This document shows, piece after piece, positions 9,394 to 19,080 of a stretch of DNA of 64,000 bases. A program made the position numbers and the translations under genes. Origin of the DNA: an uncultured Holophaga sp. (GTDB taxonomy: Bacteria > Acidobacteriota > Holophagae > Holophagales > Holophagaceae); the NCBI GenBank assembly GCA_963664825.1, contig OY761614.1:2688001-2752000 (forward strand), written 5' to 3'. Within the stretch, counting starts at the first letter, position 1. Every line of letters begins with the position of its first letter. The notes under the pieces were generated by a model, which did not search any database, was not told where the DNA came from, and saw only the letters and a list, made by a program, of their open reading frames with translations.

Positions 9394-10292
9394 CCGAGCC
9401 TCCCTTGCGGGGCGGAGGCATCCTCTTGAAGCTGATCCAGCAGGGCTCGGTCGACCTCGGAGAGATCAATGGAATCTGTGACTGAGGAGCTTTTCTGGGG
9501 AGGCGTTTGAGCCAGCAGGCTGGCTAGGCTTTTTCGTTGAAGCAACCAGGGCAGGGAGGCTTTCCAGCCGTTTGCCCCCGCCCCCTGGTAGAAGGGGAGA
9601 CCCGCGATACGATTGATGGCATCCGCTACCTTCTGGAACCCTCCTAGGCGCTCGATTATGCGATCCAGGTCACCATGGGGGAGATCTAACACCGACGTTT
9701 CCACCAGGGCACCACCGGTTTTAATCGCCATCCGGTTCCACGCTTCCACGAGTGGAAGTGCGCATTCAGCCCAGGTGCTCTTTCCGAACGTGCCTGTTGG
9801 ATTCTGCTTTGGGGTAGTGGCGGATCCCTCTTTGTTTTCCTCTTCCTCTCTTTCTGGATGCAATTGCTGCGTGTTTGCACCTGCAGCTGAATTCAAGTCG
9901 ACAAGGCCACGGCCCCATCGCTTCCGAGCCACTTGCTTGCGTGCTTCCGAGATTCGAAGGATTTCCAGTCGCTCACTGTGGATCCTGGGGTGGATTGCTC
10001 TGCCGCTCTCTGTGATGAAAAGATCCGAAACCAATGGCCAGGAGCGCTGGACAACCTTTTCACTGACGTTGAGGAGGCGTGCGAGGGCAGCTGGTTCTTC
10101 TGGGACATATCCCACCACAAGGCACATCAGTAGAGCAAGTGTGTATACCCCAACCACCTCTGCCCGCTGGTCCGTGCCAAGAAGCATGAAGGTCGGGTTC
10201 ATGTGGATTTCGTACACAAAGATCCGGATATAACTGAGAGACTGCTGGGTCTGAGCCTTTTCGGCGGATGCCCTGGCTTCCTGAGCGCTCAT
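9390..10292 (-). CDS. Phage-type replication initiator (DUF1376/YdaU-like N-terminus)
   Basis: VGVYTLAL..., LARLLNVS, IHPRIHSER, GANGWKASLPWLL; coupled to the DnaC-like gene; start ATG 10292 overlaps the xis stop. Confidence 0.7.
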   Translation of the reverse strand: MSAQEARASAEKAQTQQSLSYIRIFVYEIHMNPTFMLLGTDQRAEVVGVYTLALLMCLVVGYVPEEPAALARLLNVSEKVVQRSWPLVSDLFITESGRAIHPRIHSERLEILRISEARKQVARKRWGRGLVDLNSAAGANTQQLHPEREEEENKEGSATTPKQNPTGTFGKSTWAECALPLVEAWNRMAIKTGGALVETSVLDLPHGDLDRIIERLGGFQKVADAINRIAGLPFYQGAGANGWKASLPWLLQRKSLASLLAQTPPQKSSSVTDSIDLSEVDRALLDQLQEDASAPQGRLG

Positions 10293-10492
10293 TTCGAGCC
10301 TCCTGGAGTCTGAACCAGCAGGGAGTCGAGCCACTGGTGAAGGTCCGCGACCCGAATGAGCCGAACTCGACCACGGCGGATGTAGGGGAGTTGCTCTTCA
10401 CGCATGGCGCGATAGAGTGTGGAACGGTCCACACTGCTGTGTCTTACGGCCTGAGCGATTCGCAGGGTATAGGGAGTAGGTTCTTGGTACAT
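10289..10492 (-). CDS. Excisionase-family HTH protein
   Basis: LRIAQAV...VDRSTLYRAMREEQL..IRRGRVRLI pattern. Confidence 0.85.
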   Translation of the reverse strand: MYQEPTPYTLRIAQAVRHSSVDRSTLYRAMREEQLPYIRRGRVRLIRVADLHQWLDSLLVQTPGGSK

Positions 10493-10614
10493 GTGATCTC
10501 CAAATAAGTGGGTCGCTGCACGTGTTGTTCCGGCCGGGGATGTGCATCGATGGAGATCATCGGGTCTGTCTAAATCCGCTGCAAGTTTGTGTAATACAAC
10601 GAGTTAGAAATGCC

Positions 10615-10643
10615 TTGACAAAAGTAAGTTTTCGTGGTACGCT
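10615..10643 (+). promoter_or_regulatory. Near-consensus sigma70 promoter
   Basis: TTGACA-N17-TACGCT with an extended -10 TG. Confidence 0.6.
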
Positions 10644-10646
10644 CGT

Positions 10647-10740
10647 GGCCTCACTGCTAGCAGACCGGCCACAATGAGCGAGTGGGTTGAACTTAGGTTG
10701 CTGCGACTAGCAAAATTTCGTGAGGCCGACTTTTAGTCAG
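10647..10740 (+). ncRNA. Candidate small structured RNA
   Basis: Begins at the expected +1 of the promoter; nested IRs GGCCTCAC/GTGAGGCC, TGCTAG/CTAGCA, CCAC/GTGG; no ORF. Confidence 0.35.
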
Positions 10741-10856
10741 CTCTATAACACTGCGAATTGGGCCAAAAATTAACAAAAATTCACAAATATTATTTATTAT
10801 TTGTTTTATGTTGGCAACATGCCAAGGTTTGATTGGCAATTGTCAGATCTCATCTC

Positions 10857-12481
10857 GTATCGATTCCCCCCCTGCAGGTTCAACTCGTGATTGAGGGGGG
10901 GGATCACTGCAAGTGAATAATTTGCTTGTACTTCGGTCTCAAACTAGTCAGATTCTAAAGGATGGAGCTTGATCCCGTTCTGACTGATTCGCGTTATCTG
11001 GCGCTGGCTGCCGAGAACGGGGAACTGTGTGCGGAAATGGTCCGCCTGCGGGAGACGATGGAACGTCTGGAGAAGCTGCTGGAGTCGCTCCAGGAGCGGC
11101 TCGGGAAAGACAGTCGCAACAGCAGCAAGCCCCCCACCTCGGACGGGCCCGCGGCGCCGCCCAAACCACCGACGCCGCCCACAGGGCGCAAGCGCGGCGG
11201 CCAACCGGGACGAAAGGGGTCCGCTCGGGTGATGTTGCCGGAGGGCAGCGAGGATCGGACGGTGGCGGTGCCCCTCGCCTGCTGCCCCCACTGCCGCGGC
11301 GAGGTTCCTTCAGGGGCCATCACCGGGACGCGCCTGCACCGGGTGGTGGATCTGGCTCAGCGACTCACAGATGTCATCGCTTACGCGCTGGAGGAGGGCA
11401 TCTGCCCGCATTGCCAGCGAAAGGTCCGGGCTGCACTGCCACCGGAGGCCGCGCCCGGCGGGATCGGCCCGCGCCTCCAGGCTGCGGCGGCCTATCTGCG
11501 CACGGAGGGCCGCATGAGCCTGACGCCGCTCCAACGTTTCCTCTCGGAGGTGACGGGCGTAGCGGTCTCACGCGGTTGGCTGCATGAGAGCGGCGTGGCC
11601 CTCGGGAACCATCTGCTGCCCGCCTGGGAGGACCTCTCCCAGCAGATCCGTACGGCGGACGTGCTCAACCTCGACGAGACTGGCTTTGGGCGGAAGGATC
11701 GGGACTGGATTTGGGTGGCCCTTTCCGCCCGCACGGCCCTCTTCCACTTCAGCGACACCCGTGGGGCGAGGGCCCTGACCGCGATGCTTCCCGAGGATTT
11801 CAGTGGCGTCATCGGAACGGACCGGTATGGCGCCTACAACGCCTTGAAATCTGCCGTTCGCCAGTTCTGCTGGGCCCATTTGCGCAGGGAGTTCATCGCC
11901 CTCAGCGAATCCGCGAAGCCCGAGGTGGCCGCGCTGGGGAAGCGCCTCCTGACCGAGCAGGAGGAGGTCTTTGCGCTGTGGCAGGCCTTCCGGGCCGGCG
12001 AGATCAGCCGCAAGGATCTGCGGGCCTGCACCGCCCTCAATCTGGCGCGGCTCAAACGCGGCCTGATCCAGGCCAGCACGATGGATCACAGGGCCGCTCG
12101 GAACCTCGGGAAGGACCTCCTGCGGAAATGGGACAAGCTCTGGGTGTTCCTGAAGGTCGAAGGTGTAGAACCCACCAACAACGCCGCCGAGCGCGCCCTG
12201 CGCCCCCTCGTGATCCTCAAGCGGATCTTCCAGCGGCTGCCCAGCGCGGACGGAAAGCGATTCTTCGAACGGCTCCTGAGCCTGGGCACCACCGCCCGCA
12301 TTCGCGGCGTCCCCTACTTCGACTGGCTGCTCAAGGCCCTCCACGCTGCCCAATCGAATCAGCCCCTACCGGCACTGGAACCGGTCTGAGGCTGCCAGGA
12401 CAAGCGGTACATCACCAGCCCATCACGGGTGGCTGCCACCGGCTTACTGCGGTCGCTGGGACAAAGGGGGTGAATCGATAC
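10857..12481 (+). mobile_element. IS66-family insertion sequence (single-ORF, ISBst12-like group)
   Basis: TIRs GTATCGATTC(C/A)CCCCC at both ends; 8-bp TSD CTCATCTC at 10849-10856 and 12482-12489. Confidence 0.95.
10962..12389 (+). CDS. IS66 transposase
   Basis: DSRNSSKPPTSD, GGQPG, CPHC zinc ribbons, DETG, TDRY, QFCWAHLRR, TNNAAERALR. Confidence 0.95.
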   Translation: MELDPVLTDSRYLALAAENGELCAEMVRLRETMERLEKLLESLQERLGKDSRNSSKPPTSDGPAAPPKPPTPPTGRKRGGQPGRKGSARVMLPEGSEDRTVAVPLACCPHCRGEVPSGAITGTRLHRVVDLAQRLTDVIAYALEEGICPHCQRKVRAALPPEAAPGGIGPRLQAAAAYLRTEGRMSLTPLQRFLSEVTGVAVSRGWLHESGVALGNHLLPAWEDLSQQIRTADVLNLDETGFGRKDRDWIWVALSARTALFHFSDTRGARALTAMLPEDFSGVIGTDRYGAYNALKSAVRQFCWAHLRREFIALSESAKPEVAALGKRLLTEQEEVFALWQAFRAGEISRKDLRACTALNLARLKRGLIQASTMDHRAARNLGKDLLRKWDKLWVFLKVEGVEPTNNAAERALRPLVILKRIFQRLPSADGKRFFERLLSLGTTARIRGVPYFDWLLKALHAAQSNQPLPALEPV

Positions 12482-13251
12482 CTCATCTCTTGGTGCGGTC
12501 CCTATCCCATCTTTCTGGAACACGCGGCCAAGGCCTTCCTTGAGGTAATGCAGTTCAGTTAAGCTTAGGTTAGAAAGGCGACGAAGGTAATCCTCATCGC
12601 CTTTCTCTGGGGTTTGGCGTTTTTTGACTGTCGGCAGTCGGATCCAACGTTGAAATGACAAGGTTTACAACAGGTTTGTTTCAGAAAATGCGGGTTGCCG
12701 TTCTAGATTCCAATCACGCTACCAATGGCAAGGTCGGTTGCCATTTCAAGCCAAAGGCCCGAGCGATCAGGGTCTTGATCTCAGTCGGTGAGGCTCGGTA
12801 CCGCGGCTTCGGCTTACCTTCATTCACCTTCTCCTGTTCCAGGTATTGCCTTCGAGGAGGAAGTCCCTGTAGGGCATTGGGAGGGCCGCAACCAGAAGCG
12901 GCGGATGAAAGCTAGGTCAAAGGGGCCTCGCCAAGAGGCCGTCAATAGATGGCCTACCTTCAAGTCTTTGCCCCGTATGTGGTAAGAGGTGTGGGGCAAC
13001 TTGGGATTCTGCCCGGGAGTGAGCAGGAACCCCATATTCAAAACCTCCAGGGTTCGGATTGCGCTATTCCAGCGCACGCTCATGAGGTTTCCCTGTGTCA
13101 CATATGCCTGGGTTCCGACCAGCACACCACCCATCCGGAAAACACCGCCAGCGGCCGTGGACTCCAGCCGCTTTGGATTTTGAAAGTGATACCCTGAACG
13201 GAACCACAACGCATTTCGCCACCTATCGTTTAAGAATTTCGGGGGGTTATC

Positions 13252-15696
13252 GTGCCAACAGACCTTAGTCGCCTTGCATTGGAGCTCTCGCCGGACCGGA
13301 CGGTACTATTTTTCGGGGCGGGAGCCAGCATGGCTTGTCACGCTCCTTCGGTGGAGGATCTTATTAAACATTTCAAAAGTGTTTTTGATGTTCCTGGGGA
13401 TGGATATTCTTTCCGTGAATTCACGGGCATTATTGAGAATAAATTCGGGAGAAAAAGGCTAATTGAAGCTTTGCGGACACCTTTTGAAAAGGTTCGACCT
13501 ACTGGGGGTCTCCTTAACTTGCCTTTATATAAATGGAAATCGATATTCACAACAAATTACGACAATCTTATAGAACAATGCTATTCAAGGCAAAGGGCAA
13601 AATTCGACGTCTATGAATCAAATTTTGATTTCAAGCTCCATGAGCAACAAGATTCTGTGAAAATATTTAAATTGCATGGTTCTTTGGATAAGGACATTTC
13701 AGATGGGCATTCAGCAAGAATAATTATAACCGATTCTGATTATGACCATACTCAAGCATTTCGAGAAGGCCTTTACGATCGATTCAAGGCTGATTTATTT
13801 GGTTCGGATTTAATCATTATCGGGCACTCTTTGGCTGATGAAGACATTAAGGCTATAGCGAATCGAGCGGCTGAGATATCAACAAAAACGGGAGGATTGG
13901 GAAAACTGACACTGTTTATGTATAATACTGATATAAATCGTGCTCAATTATGGGAAAAGCGCGGCTTTCAGGTGTGCTTTGGTGGTGTCGATGATTTTTT
14001 TGCTGCTGTAGCAAAAGGAATCCCATTTACATCGGAAGTAATTATTGATTCCAGTAAATTGCTTGATTGTTTCCCAAACCTTCGTCCTACATCAGTAGAT
14101 GTTTCTCATGCCGTAACTATTCCGTCTGATGCAAGCAAGATTTTTAACGGATGGCCCGCTATGTACGCTGATGTACAAGCTGGCCTGACTTTTAGGCGAA
14201 ATTTATCTCCAAGTATCGAGCTTTATCTTGAGCAAGAGGATTGTTCTTGTGCAGTGATTGTCGGGGCTGCAGGTTGCGGCAAGACGACTCTCGCAAGACA
14301 AATTATGCTCCACTTACAAGACAAGGGGTATCAATGCTTTGAGCATAAGGTCGATTTTGAGCTACTTGACCGAGAATGGATTGATTTGGCGAAGTCAATG
14401 ACAAGTCAAGGACAAAAGGCTGCTCTATTTATTGATGATGCACATATGCATTTGCATCAAATTAATTTTCTACTCAACACAATTATGTCTGATCGTGTTC
14501 AAAATTTAAAAATATTAATTTCTAGCACACGGAATCATTGGTATCCCAGAGTTAAGAGCGCAGCATTTTTCAAGATCTCGCGAGAATTTAGTCTCGGAAA
14601 ATTGATGGCGGAGGAAGTTGAAAGCGTTTTGAATTTGGTGGATTCGAATCCTGAAATTAGAGCGCTTGTTGAAGAGTCTTTCAGTGGATTTTCGCGCTAT
14701 GAGAAGCGTCGTCGTTTGATTGACCAATGTGAATCCGAAACATTTGTATGTTTGAAGAATATTTTTTCGACTGAAAAATTCGACGATATTATTCTGAGGG
14801 AATATGCTGGATTATCTCAAGAATATCAGGAAATTTATCGCCTTGTTGCTGCAATGGAGAGTTCCGGGGTCCGCGTTCATAGACAAATGGTGATTCGACT
14901 GCTCGGGATTCATCCTTCATTTGTTAGCGATGCATTGTTGCATTTAACGGATATAATTAACGAATACCCCGTAAGTGAACGAGAAGGCATATACGGATGG
15001 CGGGGGCGTCATTCGGTTATCATGTCAATTCTTACGAAATATAAATTCCCAGAAATTGAAATGCTAACTGATCTGTTCGAAAAAATCATTGATTCTATTT
15101 CTCCAACATACGACATCGAGGTTCGAACGATTAGGGAGCTGTGCAATGTTGAGTCAGGTTTGCCACGAATTCCGGATAAGGTAATTCAAAATAGGTTGCT
15201 TCGCAAAATGATGTCGATCGCACCTGGGGAGCGAATTCCAAGGCACAGATTGATCCGAAATTTGATAGAAATGGGAGATTTTGAGAAAGGAGAAGCAGAA
15301 ATTCGGATTTTCGAAAAAGACTTCGGTGCAGATGCCCCGGTTACTCGATATCGAATTCACGCGCTTGAGGGAAGGGCATTAAGGAGTCCAGGCCTGCTGG
15401 AAGAAGATCGAATCGCAATTTTGATTCAGGCGAAAAATGCGGCGATTTCTGCTGCAATGAAATATCCAGATAATAGGCTTATTATAGGGGCTCTTTGTGA
15501 AATCGGAATCCAAATCTGGCGTAAAACTGGGAATTTCGAAACCTATGACCTTGCGATTGCTGAATTAAAGGAAAGTGAAAACAGAATTGGTGACCCTGAA
15601 ATCAGTAAAGCAATACGGAAATTTGAACGCCAAATGGCAAGCTCTTCTGAAGATTTCATCTCTTCAACTGAACCTAACGAAGAATCGAATGAGTAG
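13252..15696 (+). CDS. SIR2-domain NADase fused to a P-loop (STAND-like) NTPase and a helical/TPR-like C-terminus; Avs5-like anti-phage protein
   Basis: FFGAGAS, TTNYD, KLHGS, IGHSLADED; Walker A GAAGCGKTT, Walker B LFIDDAH; visibly AT-rich. Confidence 0.85.
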   Translation: MPTDLSRLALELSPDRTVLFFGAGASMACHAPSVEDLIKHFKSVFDVPGDGYSFREFTGIIENKFGRKRLIEALRTPFEKVRPTGGLLNLPLYKWKSIFTTNYDNLIEQCYSRQRAKFDVYESNFDFKLHEQQDSVKIFKLHGSLDKDISDGHSARIIITDSDYDHTQAFREGLYDRFKADLFGSDLIIIGHSLADEDIKAIANRAAEISTKTGGLGKLTLFMYNTDINRAQLWEKRGFQVCFGGVDDFFAAVAKGIPFTSEVIIDSSKLLDCFPNLRPTSVDVSHAVTIPSDASKIFNGWPAMYADVQAGLTFRRNLSPSIELYLEQEDCSCAVIVGAAGCGKTTLARQIMLHLQDKGYQCFEHKVDFELLDREWIDLAKSMTSQGQKAALFIDDAHMHLHQINFLLNTIMSDRVQNLKILISSTRNHWYPRVKSAAFFKISREFSLGKLMAEEVESVLNLVDSNPEIRALVEESFSGFSRYEKRRRLIDQCESETFVCLKNIFSTEKFDDIILREYAGLSQEYQEIYRLVAAMESSGVRVHRQMVIRLLGIHPSFVSDALLHLTDIINEYPVSEREGIYGWRGRHSVIMSILTKYKFPEIEMLTDLFEKIIDSISPTYDIEVRTIRELCNVESGLPRIPDKVIQNRLLRKMMSIAPGERIPRHRLIRNLIEMGDFEKGEAEIRIFEKDFGADAPVTRYRIHALEGRALRSPGLLEEDRIAILIQAKNAAISAAMKYPDNRLIIGALCEIGIQIWRKTGNFETYDLAIAELKESENRIGDPEISKAIRKFERQMASSSEDFISSTEPNEESNE

Positions 15697-15908
15697 TTTT
15701 GAAGCCAGCTGAGTCCTCAAGAGCCATTCCTGGCCTTCCTCCCCTTGGCCTTTCTGGGCTCCTCGGCTTCCTTTTCTCGGTCGATGTTAGTTGTCGAACC
15801 CGCTGCTGAAATCCGCAGATTGGCCTGATTCACTCTGGAATGAACCACCCACCTCAAAGGCTCACGGATTCAGTTTGCATTTCCCTTGGATGAGCGTTAG
15901 GAGCATTA

Positions 15909-16736
15909 ATGGAATTCGGGAAGGAGGACGAATTCGATCCTCTAGTAGAAATGGGAATGGTGAACTCGCAATTGAACCAGATAACTTTGAGCATCAATAT
16001 GCTCAAAGTAGCTGTGATCTCTGCTGCTCAGAAGCCATCCTTTGAGCCATGGCATTCCGAACTAATTATAGATTTCATCCACAGCCTTGAAAACTACTGC
16101 GAGCAATTGAGGGAAACAATCGGGAAGGAGCGTATCTCAGCGGTTGCATGGTTAACTCGATCACTGCTCGAGCTGCTTACCTGGATAAAATTCTGCCGAT
16201 CCTCTCGTGAAAATGCCTGGAAGTTCCATGAGGATGCCTTGCGTGATGTCAAGGGGCTAATCGAGGCCTATACGAAGATCTGCGGCGCCCTTGGAATCAA
16301 TAACAAAAACTCCGCTAGGGCCATGGAGGAGATTCAGGCCCTGGCCAAAGAGAAACTTGGGCTGGATGAAATCAAATCAAATTATTTAGAGGTGTCTAAA
16401 GCTGTGAAGGCTACCGACTCTATCTGGAGCGAGTCGTTTACCCATATAAATAAAACGCTATCTAAGTTCGCTCACCCAACCGCTGCTCTTATTCATGGGA
16501 TTATGCCCAAGGTCGAGACCCGGAGAGACCTGCAGGTTTGTTTCGCAATCCAAGGGGTTCATTTCGCCTCTCATTGCGTTGCGGAGCTGGAGGCCATCCT
16601 GGGCGTTGTGGAGGCGATTCCGCTAGCGGTCGGCTACCAGGCAAAGGGCGGCATGCCTGCCTGGGGCTCATGGCCAGTGGCTCGCGTGGAGACGACCAAT
16701 GGCGGCCCTCAAAGCAACTTCTTTTGGGCTCCGTAG
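15909..16736 (+). CDS. Hypothetical protein, DUF5677-like
   Basis: TRSLLE and LSKFAHPT motifs in an all-helical protein; AGGAG RBS. Confidence 0.55.
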   Translation: MEFGKEDEFDPLVEMGMVNSQLNQITLSINMLKVAVISAAQKPSFEPWHSELIIDFIHSLENYCEQLRETIGKERISAVAWLTRSLLELLTWIKFCRSSRENAWKFHEDALRDVKGLIEAYTKICGALGINNKNSARAMEEIQALAKEKLGLDEIKSNYLEVSKAVKATDSIWSESFTHINKTLSKFAHPTAALIHGIMPKVETRRDLQVCFAIQGVHFASHCVAELEAILGVVEAIPLAVGYQAKGGMPAWGSWPVARVETTNGGPQSNFFWAP

Positions 16737-16803
16737 GCGGCTCCGAGGTCAAACGGCCACTTAGATCACCCTCGGTAATGGGGGCGGCTAGTGCGCGGCT
16801 CCG

Positions 16804-18054
16804 CTATTTTGTCTTACTGCAAAAGGCGGCCCAGGCCTCCATTAGGGGTCTTCGTTTTTCGGGCATTGTGGATCTCGCATAGGCCGCTTCTGCCTTGTCC
16901 TTCAGCTGGTGCGCGAGAGCGTGTTCGATGACTTCTCGGGGGAAATGAGTCTCTTCTCCGGCCCAGTCCCGGAACGTCGAGCGGAAGCCATGGACGGTGA
17001 TGTCTGTGTAATCCATGCGTTTCAGCAAAGCGCTCATGGCCATGTTGGAGAGATGGGTTTCAGACTTATCTCCTGGAAATACATGCAGCCCATCATCTTT
17101 GGTTGTTTCAAGATCTTTGATGAGGTTCCAAGCCTGCGTGGAGAGAGGTACCACGTGCTCCTTTCCGGCTTTCATGCGTTCCGATGGGATCATCCAGATC
17201 CGTTTCTTTAGGTCGAACTCCTCCCAGCGCGCAGCGATTGCTTCGCCTGTTCGTGCGGCCGTCAGGATGGTGAATTGAAGAGCCAGCGATGCCATTCCGT
17301 GATGCCTGCATAGCTTTGCAAAGAATGCTCCGATGTCGTGGTAGGGGAGAGCTGGATGGTGCTCTCCTTTCTGGACCTTGGAAGGCTTTGGCAGGAGTTG
17401 ATCAAGGTATCCTCGCCATCGAGCCGGATTTTCGCCTTCTCGGTAGCCGCTCACCGTTGCCCAGGCCAACACAGACTCTAGGCGTTGCCGAACCCGCGAA
17501 GCGGTTTCGTTTTTGGAGGTCCAGATGGGATCCAGCACCTTCCGGACCAACTGGAGGTCGATGGCGGCGACAGGCAGGGATCCAACCAGGGGCGAAGCGT
17601 AGGTTGCGAGTGTATTTACCCATTGATCCGCGTGCTTGGCGTTCTTCCATCCTGCTCGCTTGTCCGCGATGCAGGCTGCGGCAGCCTCGTCGAAGGTCAT
17701 TCCCTTGGCCGTGGCCACCTTCAAGGCTGCGCGTCTTGCATTGATTTCTGTTTTGGGATCCTTCCCCTCGAGAAGCATGGTTCGAAGCTCGCTGGCCTTG
17801 GTCCTGGCGGTGGACAGTGAGACGTCTGCGAAGGAACCCAAACCGACTTCTTTGAGTCTCCCGGTGGCTCTATCGCGATAGCGGAAGGTCCAGGACTTTG
17901 TCACCTCGTCGGCAGCCGCACGCGGTGTCTCGTTTGGTTTCCGAGGGGTGCGTCTGGCGATCTGAAGATAGAGACCCCCTCCATCAATGAGATAGCCGGG
18001 GGCGCAGTGCTTGGCCACCTTGGCAGCGCTCAATTTATTTCGACCAGACCCCAT
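16804..18054 (-). CDS. int: P4-like tyrosine integrase
   Basis: DGGGLYLQ arm-binding domain, TAARTGE, HGFRSTFRDW, LAH...AYAR; GAGGAGG RBS before ATG 18054. Confidence 0.95.
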   Translation of the reverse strand: MGSGRNKLSAAKVAKHCAPGYLIDGGGLYLQIARRTPRKPNETPRAAADEVTKSWTFRYRDRATGRLKEVGLGSFADVSLSTARTKASELRTMLLEGKDPKTEINARRAALKVATAKGMTFDEAAAACIADKRAGWKNAKHADQWVNTLATYASPLVGSLPVAAIDLQLVRKVLDPIWTSKNETASRVRQRLESVLAWATVSGYREGENPARWRGYLDQLLPKPSKVQKGEHHPALPYHDIGAFFAKLCRHHGMASLALQFTILTAARTGEAIAARWEEFDLKKRIWMIPSERMKAGKEHVVPLSTQAWNLIKDLETTKDDGLHVFPGDKSETHLSNMAMSALLKRMDYTDITVHGFRSTFRDWAGEETHFPREVIEHALAHQLKDKAEAAYARSTMPEKRRPLMEAWAAFCSKTK

Positions 18055-18090
18055 GGAGGCCTCCTCGACTCTCTCGAGAATAGGCTTTTT

Positions 18091-18110
18091 TACCCATACT
18101 TCTACCCATA
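18091..18110. repeat. Putative integrase arm-type sites
   Basis: TACCCATA direct repeat at 18091-18098 and 18103-18110, between int and att. Confidence 0.5.
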
Positions 18111-18255
18111 TTAATTTGTTGATCACCAAGATCCGTCATGAACCAATCAGAGACGGTGTGAGAAAAAATGCCTGTTTAAATGTTGTATTACAAGGATGTT
18201 TTGTGTTCATCCTGACACTAGCAGTTTCACCCGAAAATGTTCGTTAGGAAGACTG

Positions 18256-18266
18256 TCTCTCCGCCA
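18256..18266 (+). other. Putative att core, duplicated tRNA(Ser)-like 3' end
   Basis: TCTCTCCGCCA followed by a terminator; no cloverleaf upstream. Confidence 0.65.
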
Positions 18267-18270
18267 GACT

Positions 18271-18293
18271 GAGCCGCCTTCGGGCGGCTCTTT
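18271..18293 (+). terminator. Rho-independent terminator
   Basis: GAGCCGCC-ttcg-GGCGGCTC-TTT. Confidence 0.8.
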
Positions 18294-18300
18294 CGCATCT

Positions 18301-19080
18301 TCAGGGCATGCCGGGGAAATCTTTCGGGGCGCCGTGCAGCCGGAGGTGCAACAGGAATTCCTTGTTTCCTTCGCCGCCCAGAATGGGGCTGAGGGCGAGG
18401 GCCTGGGGGCGCAGTTCGGTGCCCGAAAAGAAATCCCAGATCTCCCGACACACGCGCTCATGCACGGCGGCATCGCGCACGATGCCACCCTTCTCCACAT
18501 CCCCGCGACCCGCCTCGAACTGGGGCTTCACCAGGAGGACGGCCTCGGCATCCTCCGTGAGGCTGGCCAGTATTGGGGGGATGACTAGGCGCAGGCTGAT
18601 GAAGCTGAGATCTCCCACCAGCAGGCTGCAGCGCTCGGGGATGCGTTCGGCCTCCCAGTTGCGGAGATTGATCTGTTCCATGGACACCACCCGGGCATCG
18701 CTGCGCAGCTTCCAGTGGAGCTGGTTGGTGCCCACATCCACGGCGTAGACCTTGGTGGCGCCCTGCTGGAGCAGGCAGTCCGTGAAGCCCCCCGTGCTGG
18801 AACCCGCATCGAAACAGATTCGTCCCGCTGGATCGAGGCCGAAGGCCTGGATGGCGCCTGCGAGCTTCAACCCGCCCCGGCTCACGAAGGGCAGGGCTTC
18901 CCCCCGCAGGCGGATGGGAGCGTCTTCTGGAATGGCGGTGCCCGCCTTCGTTACGGGGCGGTCCTCCACGAGCACATCCCCGGCCAGGATGCGGGCCTGG
19001 GCCTTGGCCCGGGTCTCGCAGAGACCGCGCTGGACGAGGAGCAGATCGAGGCGGAGCTTGGGCATGGTGCGGGCGCTCAT
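18301..19080 (-). CDS. tlyA: TlyA-family rRNA methyltransferase
   Basis: RLDLLLV S4 domain, VSRGGLKL, GSSTGGFTD, LVKPQFEAG; start at ATG 19080. Confidence 0.93.
   Translation of the reverse strand: MSARTMPKLRLDLLLVQRGLCETRAKAQARILAGDVLVEDRPVTKAGTAIPEDAPIRLRGEALPFVSRGGLKLAGAIQAFGLDPAGRICFDAGSSTGGFTDCLLQQGATKVYAVDVGTNQLHWKLRSDARVVSMEQINLRNWEAERIPERCSLLVGDLSFISLRLVIPPILASLTEDAEAVLLVKPQFEAGRGDVEKGGIVRDAAVHERVCREIWDFFSGTELRPQALALSPILGGEGNKEFLLHLRLHGAPKDFPGMP

Larger units (their letters stand above)
1..18266. mobile_element. Integrative mobilisable element / defence island (left end outside window)
   Basis: Tyrosine integrase, xis-like HTH, replication initiator + DnaC-like ATPase, mobC/relaxase and defence cargo; composition differs from the backbone; ends at tRNA-3'-like TCTCTCCGCCA (18256-18266), after which housekeeping genes resume. 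Confidence 0.85.

Noticed and set aside
12490..13210. Short ORFs between IS66 and the SIR2 gene
   Set aside because: Several overlapping small ORFs on both strands without motifs; possibly a decayed gene, but none can be supported
18190..18266. Complete tRNA gene next to the integrase
   Set aside because: Only an 11-nt 3'-end-like motif; no D/T-loop consensus or cloverleaf upstream
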